This document shows, piece by piece, positions 47,501-61,640 of a stretch of DNA of 64,000 nucleotides; position 1 is the stretch's first letter, and each line of letters begins with the position of its first letter. Source of the stretch: Octopus sinensis (Eukaryota); assembly GCF_006345805.1 (NCBI RefSeq), contig NC_043007.1, positions 23,746,001-23,810,000 of the forward strand, written 5' to 3'. Made by a program: the position numbers and the translations under genes. Under the pieces are notes generated by a model. That model had not been told where the DNA came from. It saw nothing but the letters and a program-made list of their open reading frames with translations, and did no database searches.

Positions 47501-50500
47501 GATGTGAGCTTGCATCATCATCATCATCATACTCGTGGTGTCATTCATTTTCAGTCTGCTTAGGAGGAAATATTACCTTCCTTGCTTAGAAACCAGCGAG
47601 GACAGGCAAGCGGAAGAGCATTCAGTCACAGAAAAATGTGCTTCAGCATTTCTGTCTGATGCATTCAAGCATGGAAAAAAGTTCAGTAAAACAATGAGAA
47701 TGAATATAGGCTAGATTTAAAAAAAAAAGCCTATTGCAAGTTAATAGTGTATCCATGGTAGAGATAGATGAAAGAGGATTGGAAGAAAGAAGTCTTGAAG
47801 TCATCCAAAGCAGTCATAAATAATAATTTGAGACTTTTTTATAAAATATAGACTTCTACCTAAATGATTATTACTAATTATTTCTTTCTAAATAATTGCT
47901 GCAGCAAAAATTTCTTTAATATCATTTTTTCGATGCAAAGGTCGTTAGTCTGCTAAGTTAGTGCTGTAAATAGATAAATGCATTTGCTGCTTATTTACAG
48001 CTTCTCTAACCTTCAGTGAGATAGATTACAATTTCACTATTGCAGTTATGCAGTGGAAACTGTGAGTGTTTTTATTCAGCACATTTATTCCTATAATTTT
48101 CTTTGTAAAAAGCTGGTTAATTTTATAATATTGATTCCTAACTTGAGCACAAGGCCAAACATTTTGAGAGGTTCTGTGGATCAAATTGACACTGGTGGTC
48201 AACAAGTGTTTAATCATGTTTGAAATGCTGACAGGTAAAGTTGCCTTTGGGTAGGAATCTAACTCGGATTAAATACCTTGTGGTACTTATGTCTTTTTAT
48301 ATCTATGAACAATGTTGATGTCATATTATAAGTTCTTCAATTCAGCTTAGTTTCTGTTCTCAGTTGTTTCGCCTGAACTCATACAATTTGAAATTGTATC
48401 AACATCATAGCTATTTAGTTTTCTTTCTCTGTTATTAAAATTCATGCTTAATGAAATTATTTTCTTAATGTTTTTAGAACATTAAGTAATATAACCTTAA
48501 GATTTTACTATTCAACTAAGTTTCCTGCAATATTTCTTGCCAAATAATTGTAACAACATAGGAAGGAACTCTATCTTGAAATGGTTGCTTGTGGTATGTT
48601 CTAACCAGGCTCTATATTTTTAATGGGCATATATGTCTGAGTGTGTTCTTTTACATGCATGTGATGTATAAATTTGTGGTTGATACAATAGATTTATAAT
48701 AGCTCCTTAGCATTGATACAATAGGTTTCTCTCACTCTCATCTCTGAGAGAAACCTATTGTATCAATTGTGAGAGATGCAGCATTGAGGATGAATGAAGC
48801 CAGCTCAACCCACCCCGGGTGAATGCTGTCAAGTCAGTCAATAGGTTTATATTGGCTCCTTAGCATTTAAAACATTTCATCCTTTTACATTTTTTGTAGA
48901 CTATTATCCTTACTTGCAAATAGAAGAGAAGAGAAATCTTTCTATCATTGTACATGTTAATTTTGCTGTCTGATGTTTTATTTTAAGTATTTACAATGCA
49001 GAATCTTGTCCTGTAGATTACATAGGATAAAGAAAGAAAAGAGACAGAAAGATCTACAGAGGAAGCAGAAAGCAGCTGAAAACAGAAAACATTTAGCAAA
49101 TGTTAGGTAGGTCTATCAGTTTTTTTAAAAAGGTTCTTTTTAAATGTTGGACTGTTTGCTTGGAAGTTTGGAATAAATGAGAAAAACTGTTGAAGGATCA
49201 GTTGAGTAAGGAGTTAATTTGGCTGATAATAATGGTACCAGTATGAGGCTAAAACAAGAACAAATGGTAACTGCATTCTTTGATATGACAATTATATCTG
49301 ACTAAGAAAGCTTTGTTTTTTGTCAACAGAATCTTGAATGTGTTGGCACTTTACCTTTGACCTTATTTCTTCAAGTCCCTTTTACTAGTGCCCCTCTTCT
49401 CAGCAATATTTTCAATTCAAGAACTATTTACTTTTGTCAATTATGTAGTGAACCAATGAAGAAAAAAGAAAAGACAATGTCTGTGTGAACTAAAACTGGA
49501 AGATTACTTTTTTTTTATGTGATGCTAGACGGCTTGTTTTTACTGTTTTAAGTGTAACAAATCTGAACCAAAGCACTGAAGATTAAGCTAAAATGTTTCA
49601 ATGAAATAAATCATATCCAAATTTCTTTAATTTCAATTTAGTTTTTTTTCCTCTTCTTTATATCCTTCCTCTATGCTTTATTAATTTCAAAAATTTATTT
49701 TTTGAAATTACTACTTAAAATGTATATTTCTAGGCAATGTTTTAAATGTGATGATTTTATTATATGTGAAACATGTATTTTGAGAAACTAATACAATTTT
49801 AACTAAACCAGAAGTCCTATCCTGGTCAACCAGGGACAAAGCAGTGAGATTTTGATAATTCTGTTATGATAGTTCTACTGTAAATGATAGCATCACCAAT
49901 GTTAAATTTTTATCTCTGAGTTTGATTTGAAAAAAAAAAAAAAGTTTTCCTTTTCTTATTTTTAATGTTTTATTGCTGTTAATAAAGCCATTCCTTTGTT
50001 TTAGATTTAGTTGTAATAAAAAAATTCTTTGGCTGATGAATCAGCTCCTTGTGATTTCTTAATTAGGCTATTTAAAACAAGAGGAAATATCAGATCGTGA
50101 TCTTCATTCCCCCTTTGAAGGGGGTTTACTATGTAGCGGAAATGGTTCTGTTAATGAAAACTACATTGTGGATTTGGTTTGCCAATAACATTCCTCCTCA
50201 TTAAGGCAGATGCTAAAACTATATGATCATAATGACTGTAATTGAAAGATTTTATTTCTTTTAAACCTGTCAAAGATTAGGTTTCGATTTTTGAGCATCT
50301 AAATCCATTTTAGAATTTTTGTAAAAGAAGTGTTACACAAAAGTAACAAAGTAAAAATACAGACGAAATATTAATTCTATTTTAAATAGTTTTACTTTAA
50401 AAAAAAGCTGGTTTTCTTAAAAATTTTCCCTTATTATTTATAGCAAGATTTTTCAAGCTGCAAAGTAGTATAGTAATTTTCCTATGGACATCATTTTGAA

Positions 50501-53500
50501 AATGCAGATATCTAATCTTTTAGTATGTTCTTAATGTTTATATTTTCGTTTTCTTTTCAGAGTTGTTCAAAAAAATCTTGTTTTTGTTGTGGGTCTATCT
50601 CAAAGGTTAGCAGAACCTGACGTATTAAAAAAGCATGAATATTTTGGTAAATTTGGAAAGATCCACAAAGTTGTCATTAATCAAAGCACATCTTATGCAG
50701 GGGCCCAGGTATGTTTTAATTTACATATTATTATACACACATTTTATTTCAAATGTTTGTTGCTACTGTTCTATCTAGACATGCTTGTATCTGTACAAGG
50801 TGTAGTACTAAATAAATAGACCAGTGTTTGTCAGTTCTTCAGTTTTTTTTTTTGAAGCTATCATAGTGACGACCATGCTAGAGCACCACCTGTGTAGATA
50901 GCTGTTAGTAGGCTTATAAAGTTATGTATTTCTCACTTAATTCTTCTTGCCTGAGATTCTATTACAAGGAAATATTAGGATTCTTGCTATAAATAAGGGA
51001 AAATTTTAAGATATTAATTTGTCCTGATTATAGAAGTTACTCGGACAAGTTAATATCGTATATCATCAGTGCTAACATTATGTACTTAAGGTGCAATTCA
51101 AATATTGATTTTGCATCTAGGGAGCTACAAAGATTTTAACTGGAAATGAAACTTCTCCTTTACATTGTTTCCCTTCTTTAAAAGGATACATTTTTAATTG
51201 TAATTTGGTATGGCTGTGACAAAGGGTCACAGGAAGCTTCAGTGAAAAAGTGTTCTCTCACTTTCAGAGAATCACAAAACTGCATAATGTTTAGTTACTG
51301 AATATCAAAAATATTAACCAAATGGACCGTAGAAAGCATGTTGTTATTATTAAGAAGTTAAAGAAGATACAGTAAGATATCAGCACATTAGATATCCCAA
51401 ACATGTTTAGACATATATTGCCAACTAATTACAACTAATTACATTACAAATCATAAATGTTTTATATTTGATTTCTGTAAGTGAAACAAAATGGTTAGAG
51501 TTTAAAATTGAAATAGTTGTGAGATAACTTTCTTCATGCATTACCTCTGTCGATGTACAGAGAACCTATCTTTTGAGATTGATGTGTTATTTCTGTTTTC
51601 TTGCAGGGTCCAAGTGCCAGTGCATATGTAACATACAACAGATCTGAAGATGCTCTGAAAGCTATTTTAGCAGTCAATAACGTTCATGTAGATGGTCGAA
51701 CACTGAAAGCATCACTGGGCACAACAAAGTACTGCAGTCACTTTCTCAAAGGAGCGCAATGTCCTAAATCAGTAAGTCACAGTGTTTAAACAGGCCAAGT
51801 GTTTCATGCTTCTCTATGTTTGGATCTTGCTGAGGAGGCAGTTTTGAGGCGGGATGGAAGGTTACAATCTTGAGTTGGAAGACATTTGCTAAATATTTAT
51901 TTCAGTTCAGTATCTTGTGGTTCCCTCTGCCAAGACGTATTGAGCCAGTGTGGCAGAGTAGGCTCATCAAACCATTATGATCTCAAGCTCAAATTCAAAG
52001 CCACTACATCAGACCATGGTTGGTGGAGAGAACATGCTGAGGCCCTTGTCCTGCTGTAGACTGAACATGGACAAATCCAATCCAGTCCAACCCCATGGTT
52101 ATCTGACTTAAGAATTGAAATACTTCTTCACCTACACTTCCCTGCCTAAATTGTTTGAGTCAACGAAGAAGCCTCAGAAAGCTATAGTCTTTTGATCTGT
52201 TAAAGGTAGCAACCAAAGGAACAGGAAATTGCAATCTATTGCCCTTAAAAGAGAATTGGATAATATAATCCCATCTACATTATTGGAAAAAAAAATGTGA
52301 AGTGCTAAATGAGTACTTCACTTATCTCAACTTTATCCTCCACCTGGGCTCCTGAGCAAAAAAATAAATAGTTGCTTATATAGCTCAAGAGTAACAATTT
52401 CAGGAAAACTAATGGACAGATTTGGCTGCGTTCATTATCACTTTACCTGGAATCTGGCAGAGATGACATTTAACCATATTCCCACTATAGCGAGAATATG
52501 GCATTACAGGGTTAAAATTCAAAGATTTTACCAGTCTAACTTGAACTCGTCACTTCCTATTGGCCAGTGTTATATGCTCACCTTAGTAACATTTTCCTTT
52601 CTTTCTCTCCTTGCAGGATTGTATGTATTTACATGAGTTAGGGGAAGAGGCAGCAAGTTTTACAAAAGAAGAAATGCAAATGGGGTAAGTCAGTCATTTG
52701 ATGTAACTCTTCAATCTAATTATATAAATCTTTAAATGTAGAGCAGCTATACTTCATTGTAGTCATCATCTAAAGATGTTTTGGGCATTCACTTTTGTTA
52801 TTGTTTATTGAGAGGAAAGTAGCAAAAGATTATATTGTACTTAAGGGAATTGCAGGCGTTATCAGTGGTGTTATCAGTAACTGCCACAAGTCAAGTCTGT
52901 TCTTCTTTTCTGTCTCACATAGCTACTTGTCATTTGCTGGTAGAATCATTACTAAGCAGGGCAAAATGCTTAGTGGTATTTTGTCACTCCTTATGTTTTG
53001 AGTTCAAATTCTGCCAAGGTTAACTTTACTGTTCATCCTTTTGGAGTTGATAAAATAAATATCAGTTGAGCACAGGGGTTAATGTAATTGACTTAATATT
53101 TCTCCTAGTCCTTTGAACACTAACAGCACAATAGCTGGATATGTATTCATGAAGATTTTAAATGCACAACTCCACTTATATGATGATGACATCTATTCAC
53201 TATGATGAAGAAAGGCAATTAGTTTCTTCCTCTCATTTTACTTTTTATTGTAATTTGTGTAAAAAGAAACAGTGTAATTTTACTTTCTCCTTTTTTTTTT
53301 TCCACTCTTCAGTAAACATCAAGAATATGAACAGAAATTGTTAGAACAGTTTATGAATTCCCAAAATTTAGCAAATAACCATGTAACATCCAGTAAAACT
53401 ATAACTTCAAGGTAAGTCAACTCCATTTCTGAAACTCTGTACATCAGCCATCTTAAGTGTTATGATTACCAGATAAATTTCATCTTTCTGTAAAAGCTGG

Positions 53501-54979
53501 ACATAACTGATGTTTAAATTATTTGTCCTGTAATGGAATATCTGAGTTAAAACCTGATTTCCAAAGTATTTCAACTGAATAATTTTGACTAAAATTCTGC
53601 TTACAATATTCCTACTTATTTTACACTTAAACCTTTCTTTACCATATTTCTACTGAAATATTCTCCTTTTGTTTCAATTTATTTTTAAAATAATTAAGAA
53701 ATTAGCACAATTTTGTCACTAAGTTGGTACTTGAAACTTAAATTAACTTGAAACCTTGATGGAAGGTTTGAATTTAGATCACACTTTAAAACGGGATCTT
53801 TGTGTCCTAGAACCAGGGGCAGTCTCAGGTGGGTTGGTAGCAAAAGGGTTAAGGTAGGCATTGAATAATAGTACAAATTCACCTCCATATTTTGGCTAAT
53901 TTTCTGTTGTTTCAGTATTGAACTGCTCTATTTTGATGCATAGAGAAAAATATGTTGGGCTTTTAAACAGCTAGACGTGTGGACCCCTTGTACAATTTAA
54001 ATGAGAATATTTCATAATTTTGATTGCTATTATTTGATAATTTTAATTTATCAACGTAAATTCGAGATACATTCTTACTGACCAAGGAAATGTTTGAAAT
54101 CTTTGAATATTATAAATATTGAGGGTGATAGGAAAATATGAATAGAATTGCTGAGATGTGATTTTTTTGTTCAGTTTTCTAACTGCATTTCACAGTGTCC
54201 AAGAATGAATGAAGAAAATGTGGGCTTATATTCCTTTTCCATTCATCTGTATTCTGCATTTGGTCCAACATCTGTTTATCCAAGGATTCTATGGATGCTC
54301 TTCAGGGATGGTGCCAATCACTTGAAAAAAAAATGAAGGCTTTTGGCCACTTTTTTTAATGTACTACAGTGGACATTTCATTTCAAACAGATCAAAGCAT
54401 TCTCTTTACCTCTGACGAGAGCTTTGAGTTGTGAATTTTATACAACTGATTCATCTAATCATGATATTACCATTATCACATTTCTCTTGAAATACACTGC
54501 TTCTGTTTCAATTAATTTTTAAAATAATGAAAAATTTAGTAAAATGATTTTGTCATTATTACATTGATGTTTGGAACATAAATTAACATAGAATTTTGAG
54601 GGAGGGTTTTAGATCATTTAAATCATGAAGTTTATATTATAGGGCTAGGGTGGTCTCAGGTGGGTTGGTATTAAAATGGGTCAAATCTTTGATATTCCTC
54701 TATAAATTTGGTCTTGTTAGTGTAAGGAACATAATCCAGTTTATATAGTATGATTTAATCTCTCCAAATATATGCTCTATGTACAAACCTAGCCAACCCA
54801 CTCTGTTTGAAATTAGAAATCAATATGGAAATGAGATTGCTAATATATATGTTTATTTATTTTCAAGTAGGAAAAAATCCTCGTCACCTGTCACAGTTGA
54901 ACAGTCATCTCCACCCCAACAGTCAACACTACTCCAGCAAACAACAGAACTGCAGTTCCTCTCAACAGGGTCCTCTTCC

Positions 54980-55011
<32 letters not shown>

Positions 55012-58000
55012 TTCAGCTTCTTCCACTTCCTCTTCTCTGGTGGTGGGATCTGGTTTAGCAGCCAGTCAGCAACAAGCAGCACTCAATGCAAGCAAAGATG
55101 TCTGGCCAGTTCTGAACAGTGGTGGTGGTACAAGCAGTGCGACTACTGTTGGAACCACAATAGTAGGGAGTAATGTCACACCAGTTGGCAGCAAAGCAAC
55201 CAGTGCTGAGAGACTCCTCAATGGTAACAAAGTGCCCAACACAACTAGACATCATACTCACAGACCAAGCACACCAACCAAACAGAACAAATGTCTTAGA
55301 GACAAACGAGATCCTGATAAATTATCAATGTAAGTTTTGCTTCAACTTTTTAATATTTCGATTTCTTTCTACTGCAATTGGTCATTTGACTAGTGTTTGT
55401 AGAATCTTGAAGTCTTTCAGGTGTTCAGACAAAAATCTTAAAGATTAATGTTTCTACATCCCAAAATATTAGATTCCTCTCCTTCCTACAGGTCGTTGCC
55501 AGTGCCGCTAGACTGGCCCCTGTACAGGTGGCACATAAAAAGCACCATTTGAGCGTGGCCATTGCCAGTACCACTGACTGGCCCTCGTGCAGGTGGCACA
55601 TAAAAGCACCCACTACACTCTCGGAGTGGTTGGCATTAGGAAGGGCATCCAGCTGTAGAAACTCTGCCAGATCAGATTGGAGCCTGGTGCAGCCATCTGG
55701 TTCGCCAGACCTCAGTCAAATCGTCCAACCCATGCTAGAATGGAAAGCGGACGTTAAACGATGATGATGAATGATTGATCTTTGCAATATTATCAGAATG
55801 ATTTACACTTCTATTGTTTGTAAACTTGATTTTGTTTACCGGGTTATACAATCTGTAGATAACTTGCATCCTAAATAGATTACAAATTAGTCAGTTGAGT
55901 TGTTGATTTACTATTTTATTATTTTGTATGAAGTTGCAAGCTAGCAGAATTGTTAGCAAAATGCTGAGCCACATTTTGGTTGTCTTTACGCGTTCAGGGC
56001 TTAAATTCTACAGGGGTTGACTTTGCCTTTCGTCCTTTTGGGATCGATAAAATAAGTACCAGTTGAACATTTGAGTCAATCAACATGGCCCCTCTTCAAA
56101 GACTGATAGCCTTGTGCCAAAATTTGAAACTAATTTATCATTTTACTTCCATTTTATTTTACCTCTTGCATTTTTGCCTTTGTGGAAGTGCGTGGCTTAG
56201 TGGTTAGGGTGTCAGCATCATGATTGTTAGATTGTGGTTTCGATTCCTGGACTGGACGACGCATTGTGTTCTTGAGCAAAACCCTTCATTTCACGTTGCT
56301 CCAGTCCACTCAGCTGGCAAAAATGAGTAATGCTGCAATGGACTGGCATCCCATTCAGCTGGGGAACACATATGCCATAGAAACCGGGCCCATGAGTCTG
56401 GCTAGGCTTTAAAAGGGTGCATTTATTTTATTATTTTTGCCTTGTTATTTTATTATTTTTGTCACACAAAATATTCTGTATATTTGTAACATTTTTTGTT
56501 TTGTTTTTTTAATTCTTTGAATCTTATTCCTGTAAAAATACAAAAAAAATCTCTTTCTGTACTTGTTGCTTTTACATTCTACAGGGTAGAAAATTACAGT
56601 AATGGTTCAATTGATTCCCCAAATATTCGGGTTTCAACATCGTCGTCCTACTCAGCACCATCGCCAACTTCAGCAGTCCACATGAATGATGCATTTGCTA
56701 CCGCAATGAATCCATCTCTAACACTTATGGGCATAAACCAGGTATCACGACAAGTGCTGGAAAAAAGGAATGCAGACAGTCTTTCATTTTTCAGTGGTAA
56801 TGGCTTCTCTAGTGGCAGCGAGAGGGAGACAACAAAAAATTCCGCAATCCAGCATTCTACGGGTGAGGCAATCAGAAATTTATTATCTTTTAAGGCAACA
56901 AGCTAGCAGAACCAATAGCATGCCAGACGATGTGTGTTGCGGCTTTTCCTTAATCTTTGCGTTCTGAGTTCAAATTCTACCAAAGTTGACTTTGCCTTCT
57001 TTTTAGGTTTGATAAAAGAAATACCAGTAATGTACTGGGTTTGATGTAATGACAAGCTTCCTTTCTTAACATTTCAAGCCTTGTGTCTCTTGTAGAAAAA
57101 GTTACTATGAGCTGGCAGAATCATGTGTATGTACGTATGTGTATATGCGTGTGTGTGTGTATGCGTTCACGTGTGTGTATATGCGTACGCATGTGTATGT
57201 GGCATTTCACATACACACACATAAGCAGAATGCTCTGTAGCAGTAGTTTTCAACCAGGGTTCCGTGGAACCTTAGGGTTCCGACAGTACAGTCCAGAGGT
57301 TCCGCAAGAAGTTACAAAACTGCTAAAATCGGCAGTAATTTTTAATTCTCCTGTGCAGATATCTGTGCATAAGACTATTAAATTATTGCACAGGAGTTCC
57401 TCGAGCCAGTGGAATGTTTCCTTGGGGTTCCGCTCCAGCAAAAAGTTTGAAGAGCACTGCTCTGTAGTATTTGATCTGTCTTTATGTTTTGAGTTCAAAT
57501 TCCGTAGATGTAATTAACTTGCCTAAAGAATTTGCTGGTCTTGTGCTAAAATTTGAAACCATCATTATTATTGATATAATGTCTGATGATACATAATCAC
57601 TGGCATTCTTTGAGACTGACATTATAATGTCTCTTACCCTTGCATTGAAAATGGTCGACATATTATTATTAATTATTCTGCTGTAATTTTGTTACAAAGA
57701 AAACGAACCAGAGGATTGTAAATTAATCTTGAACTAAAATCTTGATTTGTTATTTAAAGCCATAATAGTTGTTCTTTTGACGTTTTAAGTTTAGACAAGA
57801 CTCTGTTTAACTTAATCATTTCTCTCTATTTTAGTATTTCGCTATTTTTGTTACTATATTTCTGTTGAGATGCTCTGTGTTTCTTTCAATTTTTAATATA
57901 ACAAAGAATTTAGTAAAATAACATAGGCGCAGGAGTAGCTGTGTGGTAAGTAGCTTGCTTACGAACCACATAGTTCCGGGTTCATTCCCACTGTGTGGCA

Positions 58001-61000
58001 CCTTGGGCAAGTGTTTTCTACTATAGCCTCGGGCCGACCAAAGCCTTGTGAGTGGATTTGGTAGATGGAAACTGAAAGAAGCCTGTCATATATATATATA
58101 TATATGTGTGTGTATGTGTTTGTCCCTCCAACATCGCTTGACAACTGATGGTGGTGTGTTTACGTCCCCGTAACTTAGCGGTTCAGCAAAAGTGACTGAT
58201 AGAATAAGTACCAAGCTTAAAGAATAAATCCTGGGGGCGATTTGCTCGACTAAAAAGGCAGTGCTCCAGCATGGCCACAGTCAAATGACTGAAACAATAA
58301 AGAGTAAAGAGTTAGTTATCATTAAGTTAGGAAAGGTTTGGTGGAAGATTCTAATTCAGAACTTTTGAAAACAAGACATTTGTACTACAGAGCCAGGGGT
58401 GGTTTCAGGCGGGTTGGTATCAAAAGGGTTAATACTACATGCAGTCCTTCTGTAAATTTATTGTCCTTTACATGTACTGGACTATCAGCCACCTAGTCCA
58501 TTAGTTTTTGCCAGTTTTACTTCTGTAGAATTATGGGTAATGAAAAAGAGAAGGAAAGAAATCTCAAAGTTCTATTATTTATTAAGTTTGTTTGTTTATT
58601 GAACAGGAATCCCGGAGTCCTTACCTTCTCTGGAAATCCCAGACACAATTCCAGTAACAAGTGCAACTGACTGGCAAGCAGCATTTGGATTTGCACCAAA
58701 GAGTGTTGATTATCAAGATGATGATCTTGGTAAGATATTCTTGTCAAATTTTGTTTTTTTTTTTGTTTGTTTTTTTGGACAATTCTACAAATTTCTTCCA
58801 TAGAACTTTCTTCAATTAATAGTTACTCTTGATATATTTTGCCTTTTTAAAAAAATTTTTTTTTTTTTATTAATTCTTGTTAATTTGCTTTGCATTTTGA
58901 TAATTTCAGGTTTCGATCCTTGGAATGAATCTTCAAAAGCATTAGCTGATCTCATGGAGAAGGAGAATGGCAATAGAGATATCAGGGAAAACCCTAACAA
59001 ATACCTGCACCACCACCACCCACATCTCCACCACCCACAACAACAACCACAACACCCACCAACACCGCCACAGCAACAACCTCAGCAGCAGACTTTGAAT
59101 ATTGCACACCAAGCTTATAGAAATAATATGCGGCCCCCAATCCACACTCCAAACATACCACCAGGTTTCTCTATAGGTCATTTACAACAGCTGCAGCAGC
59201 AAATAAAGCAGCAACACCATCAACAGCAGCAGCAGCAGCAACAACAACAACAACAGCAACAGCAGCAGCAGCAGCAGCAACAACAACAACAGCAGCAGCA
59301 TCAACAGTTACATCAACAGATGTTCCGACAAGGTATGTTCCTCAAATTAGTTAGTTTCAACGTTGTGATTGACTTTTTTTTTTAGATTGATATCTGTCAT
59401 GTAATTGTCCATAAGAGGTGCAATTTGTGAAGTGATTGAAATTCAATTCTTGACCTACAGCCTAGGCCTTACACGCACTCACACATGCATATACACACAC
59501 ATATACATACACATTTGCATATACACACATGTATGCATATATACACACACATGCAGGGATATATACACACACATGCAGGGATATATGGACACACATGCAG
59601 GCATATATGCATACACATGCAGGCATATAGGCACACACATGCAAGCATTTATACATACACCTGTAGGCATATATACATACACACGTAGGCATATACACAT
59701 ACACACGTAGGCATATACACATACACACATATGCAAATATACACACGTACATACATCATTGTTGTTCCCCATACCATGGGTTAGACCGTATGTATGTGTG
59801 TGTATATATAATGCTTTCTCTATAAATCTCTCAATCCTGTTAGAAACCAAAAGTTCAGTTAATCCATTATAAGAAAATCATAAAAAGATAACTTGCATGA
59901 ATTTGAACCTGGATCTTACTTGCTAATTTTTACCTGTTATTTCACATTCACCTGCCCAGGTAGATTGAGCACAGGTAAGTTGATTGCTCATAAGTGCTTT
60001 CACATATATTTACAAGATATTGATTTCTGAGCATTAATTTCCTGTCTCAGAGCTGAACTTGTTTCAGTAATGCCTGTAACTTGGAAGTCGCCTAACTTGT
60101 ATAAAAAGTTTAAGATATAAAATGTCTCCTCTTTTGTTGTTATGAAGGTGGCATTGCTCTTTTGATGCACATAACTTGTAGTTCTCATTGTTTATCCTGA
60201 CAAATATTTCTACAGAAAGTTAATGAGGATAGTCAACAGGCTTCACTTCTAAGTTCAAAGGTTTTGTAGGGCCAACATTGTGCAGAAAAAAACATCTAGG
60301 TTCAACTAAGTGATCAACCCAGTCTTTATTAGAATTGATAAATCCTGATACCACTTAGATTGCTGATATGTAAAGATAGCACCAAAATATCACTGACTTT
60401 CTCCAAGTCTAATCTCTCTCTTTCTCTCATTAATAATAATAAATAAATCATTAATAAATATAACCAAATTCTAACTCACTGCTTGAGGTGTTAACTGCTG
60501 TGATGCTCAAAAATCAAGGGGAGAGAAATCAAAAGAAATTCACTTGATAAAATGCCGTGATTGTTGTGGTAAGAAGCTTGCTTTGCATCCACACTGTTCT
60601 AGGTTCAGTTCCACTATGTAACCTCAGGCTAACCAAAGCCTTGTGAGTGGATTTGGTGGACAGAAATTGAAAGAAGCTTGTGTACCACCACAGCTTGACA
60701 ACTGGTGTTGGTGTGTTTATGTCCCCGTTAAGTTTGGCAAAAGGGACCTGTGGAATAAGTTACTGGGCTTTAAAAAAAAGTCCTGGGGTTGAGTTGTTCG
60801 ACTTAAACCCTTCAAGGGAGTGCTCCAACATGACCACAGTCAACTGAAATAAAAAAAAAAATATATATATTAGTTTGTATCATGATTTTAATTATTTTAA
60901 AATGCCCATGTAGTCTTAGGTAGACATAGGCATGATCTCAGTCTTCTCACCACTTGACCCAATGGGACACATTGAGGATTTGACAGCTGGAGGGAGAAAG

Positions 61001-61603
61001 AGCTGCACCAACAGGGGACTGGTGCTCATTTTCAGTTGCTCAGACTGGAGCAGTGTGAAATGACGTGCCTTGCTCAAGAACACAGTGCACTATTTCGTCC
61101 AGGGATCAAACCTGCAACCTAAATGGTTCTGAGCCAAATACCTTAACCACTAAGATACAAACACACATGAAGAGAAATGCTTTGAGACTTTTAGCTGTTG
61201 GTAAAGCGTTTAAAATCTTTCCAAACAAAGGTGTGAAATTAAATGTTCTAAATTCTTAAAATTTGGAATATTGATTTTCTTTTTACTATTCCCTTTGAAA
61301 AACTTTTGTTTTAAAGTAATAAAATCCCTCCAGTTGTGTCTGGGGAGAGTCATTTTTTTTGTGCCTTATATGTAACACACTCACTGGTAAAATTTCCACT
61401 TATTGCTTATTTTTATTTTCCTAAAATTTTCGTTGCATCTTGCAACCTTTTCAATAGTCTTGACTTACATTATAAGGCACAAAAAAAAAAAAAATGACTC
61501 TCCCCCGACACAACAGAATATGCTTCAACACACGAACTCATATAAAGAATCTTGCAAACCAAATCCAAAAACGAAACTCGAGTTATTTCCCTTGTATTAT
61601 TAG

Positions 61604-61640
<37 letters not shown>

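Noticed and set aside
55328-55333. Short NOT4 isoform ending at ATG-TAA through retention of intron 10 (similarly the stops at 56904 and 59383)
   Set aside because: The stop overlaps a consensus GTAAGT donor and no nearby AATAAA was seen; there is no evidence without transcripts.
57926-58000. tRNA genes at SINE heads
   Set aside because: A/B boxes are present, but I could not form a full cloverleaf and each continues into a SINE body.
59405-59850. Several ORFs rich in H/T/Y/C/V/M
   Set aside because: Translations of a CA/TA-derived minisatellite.
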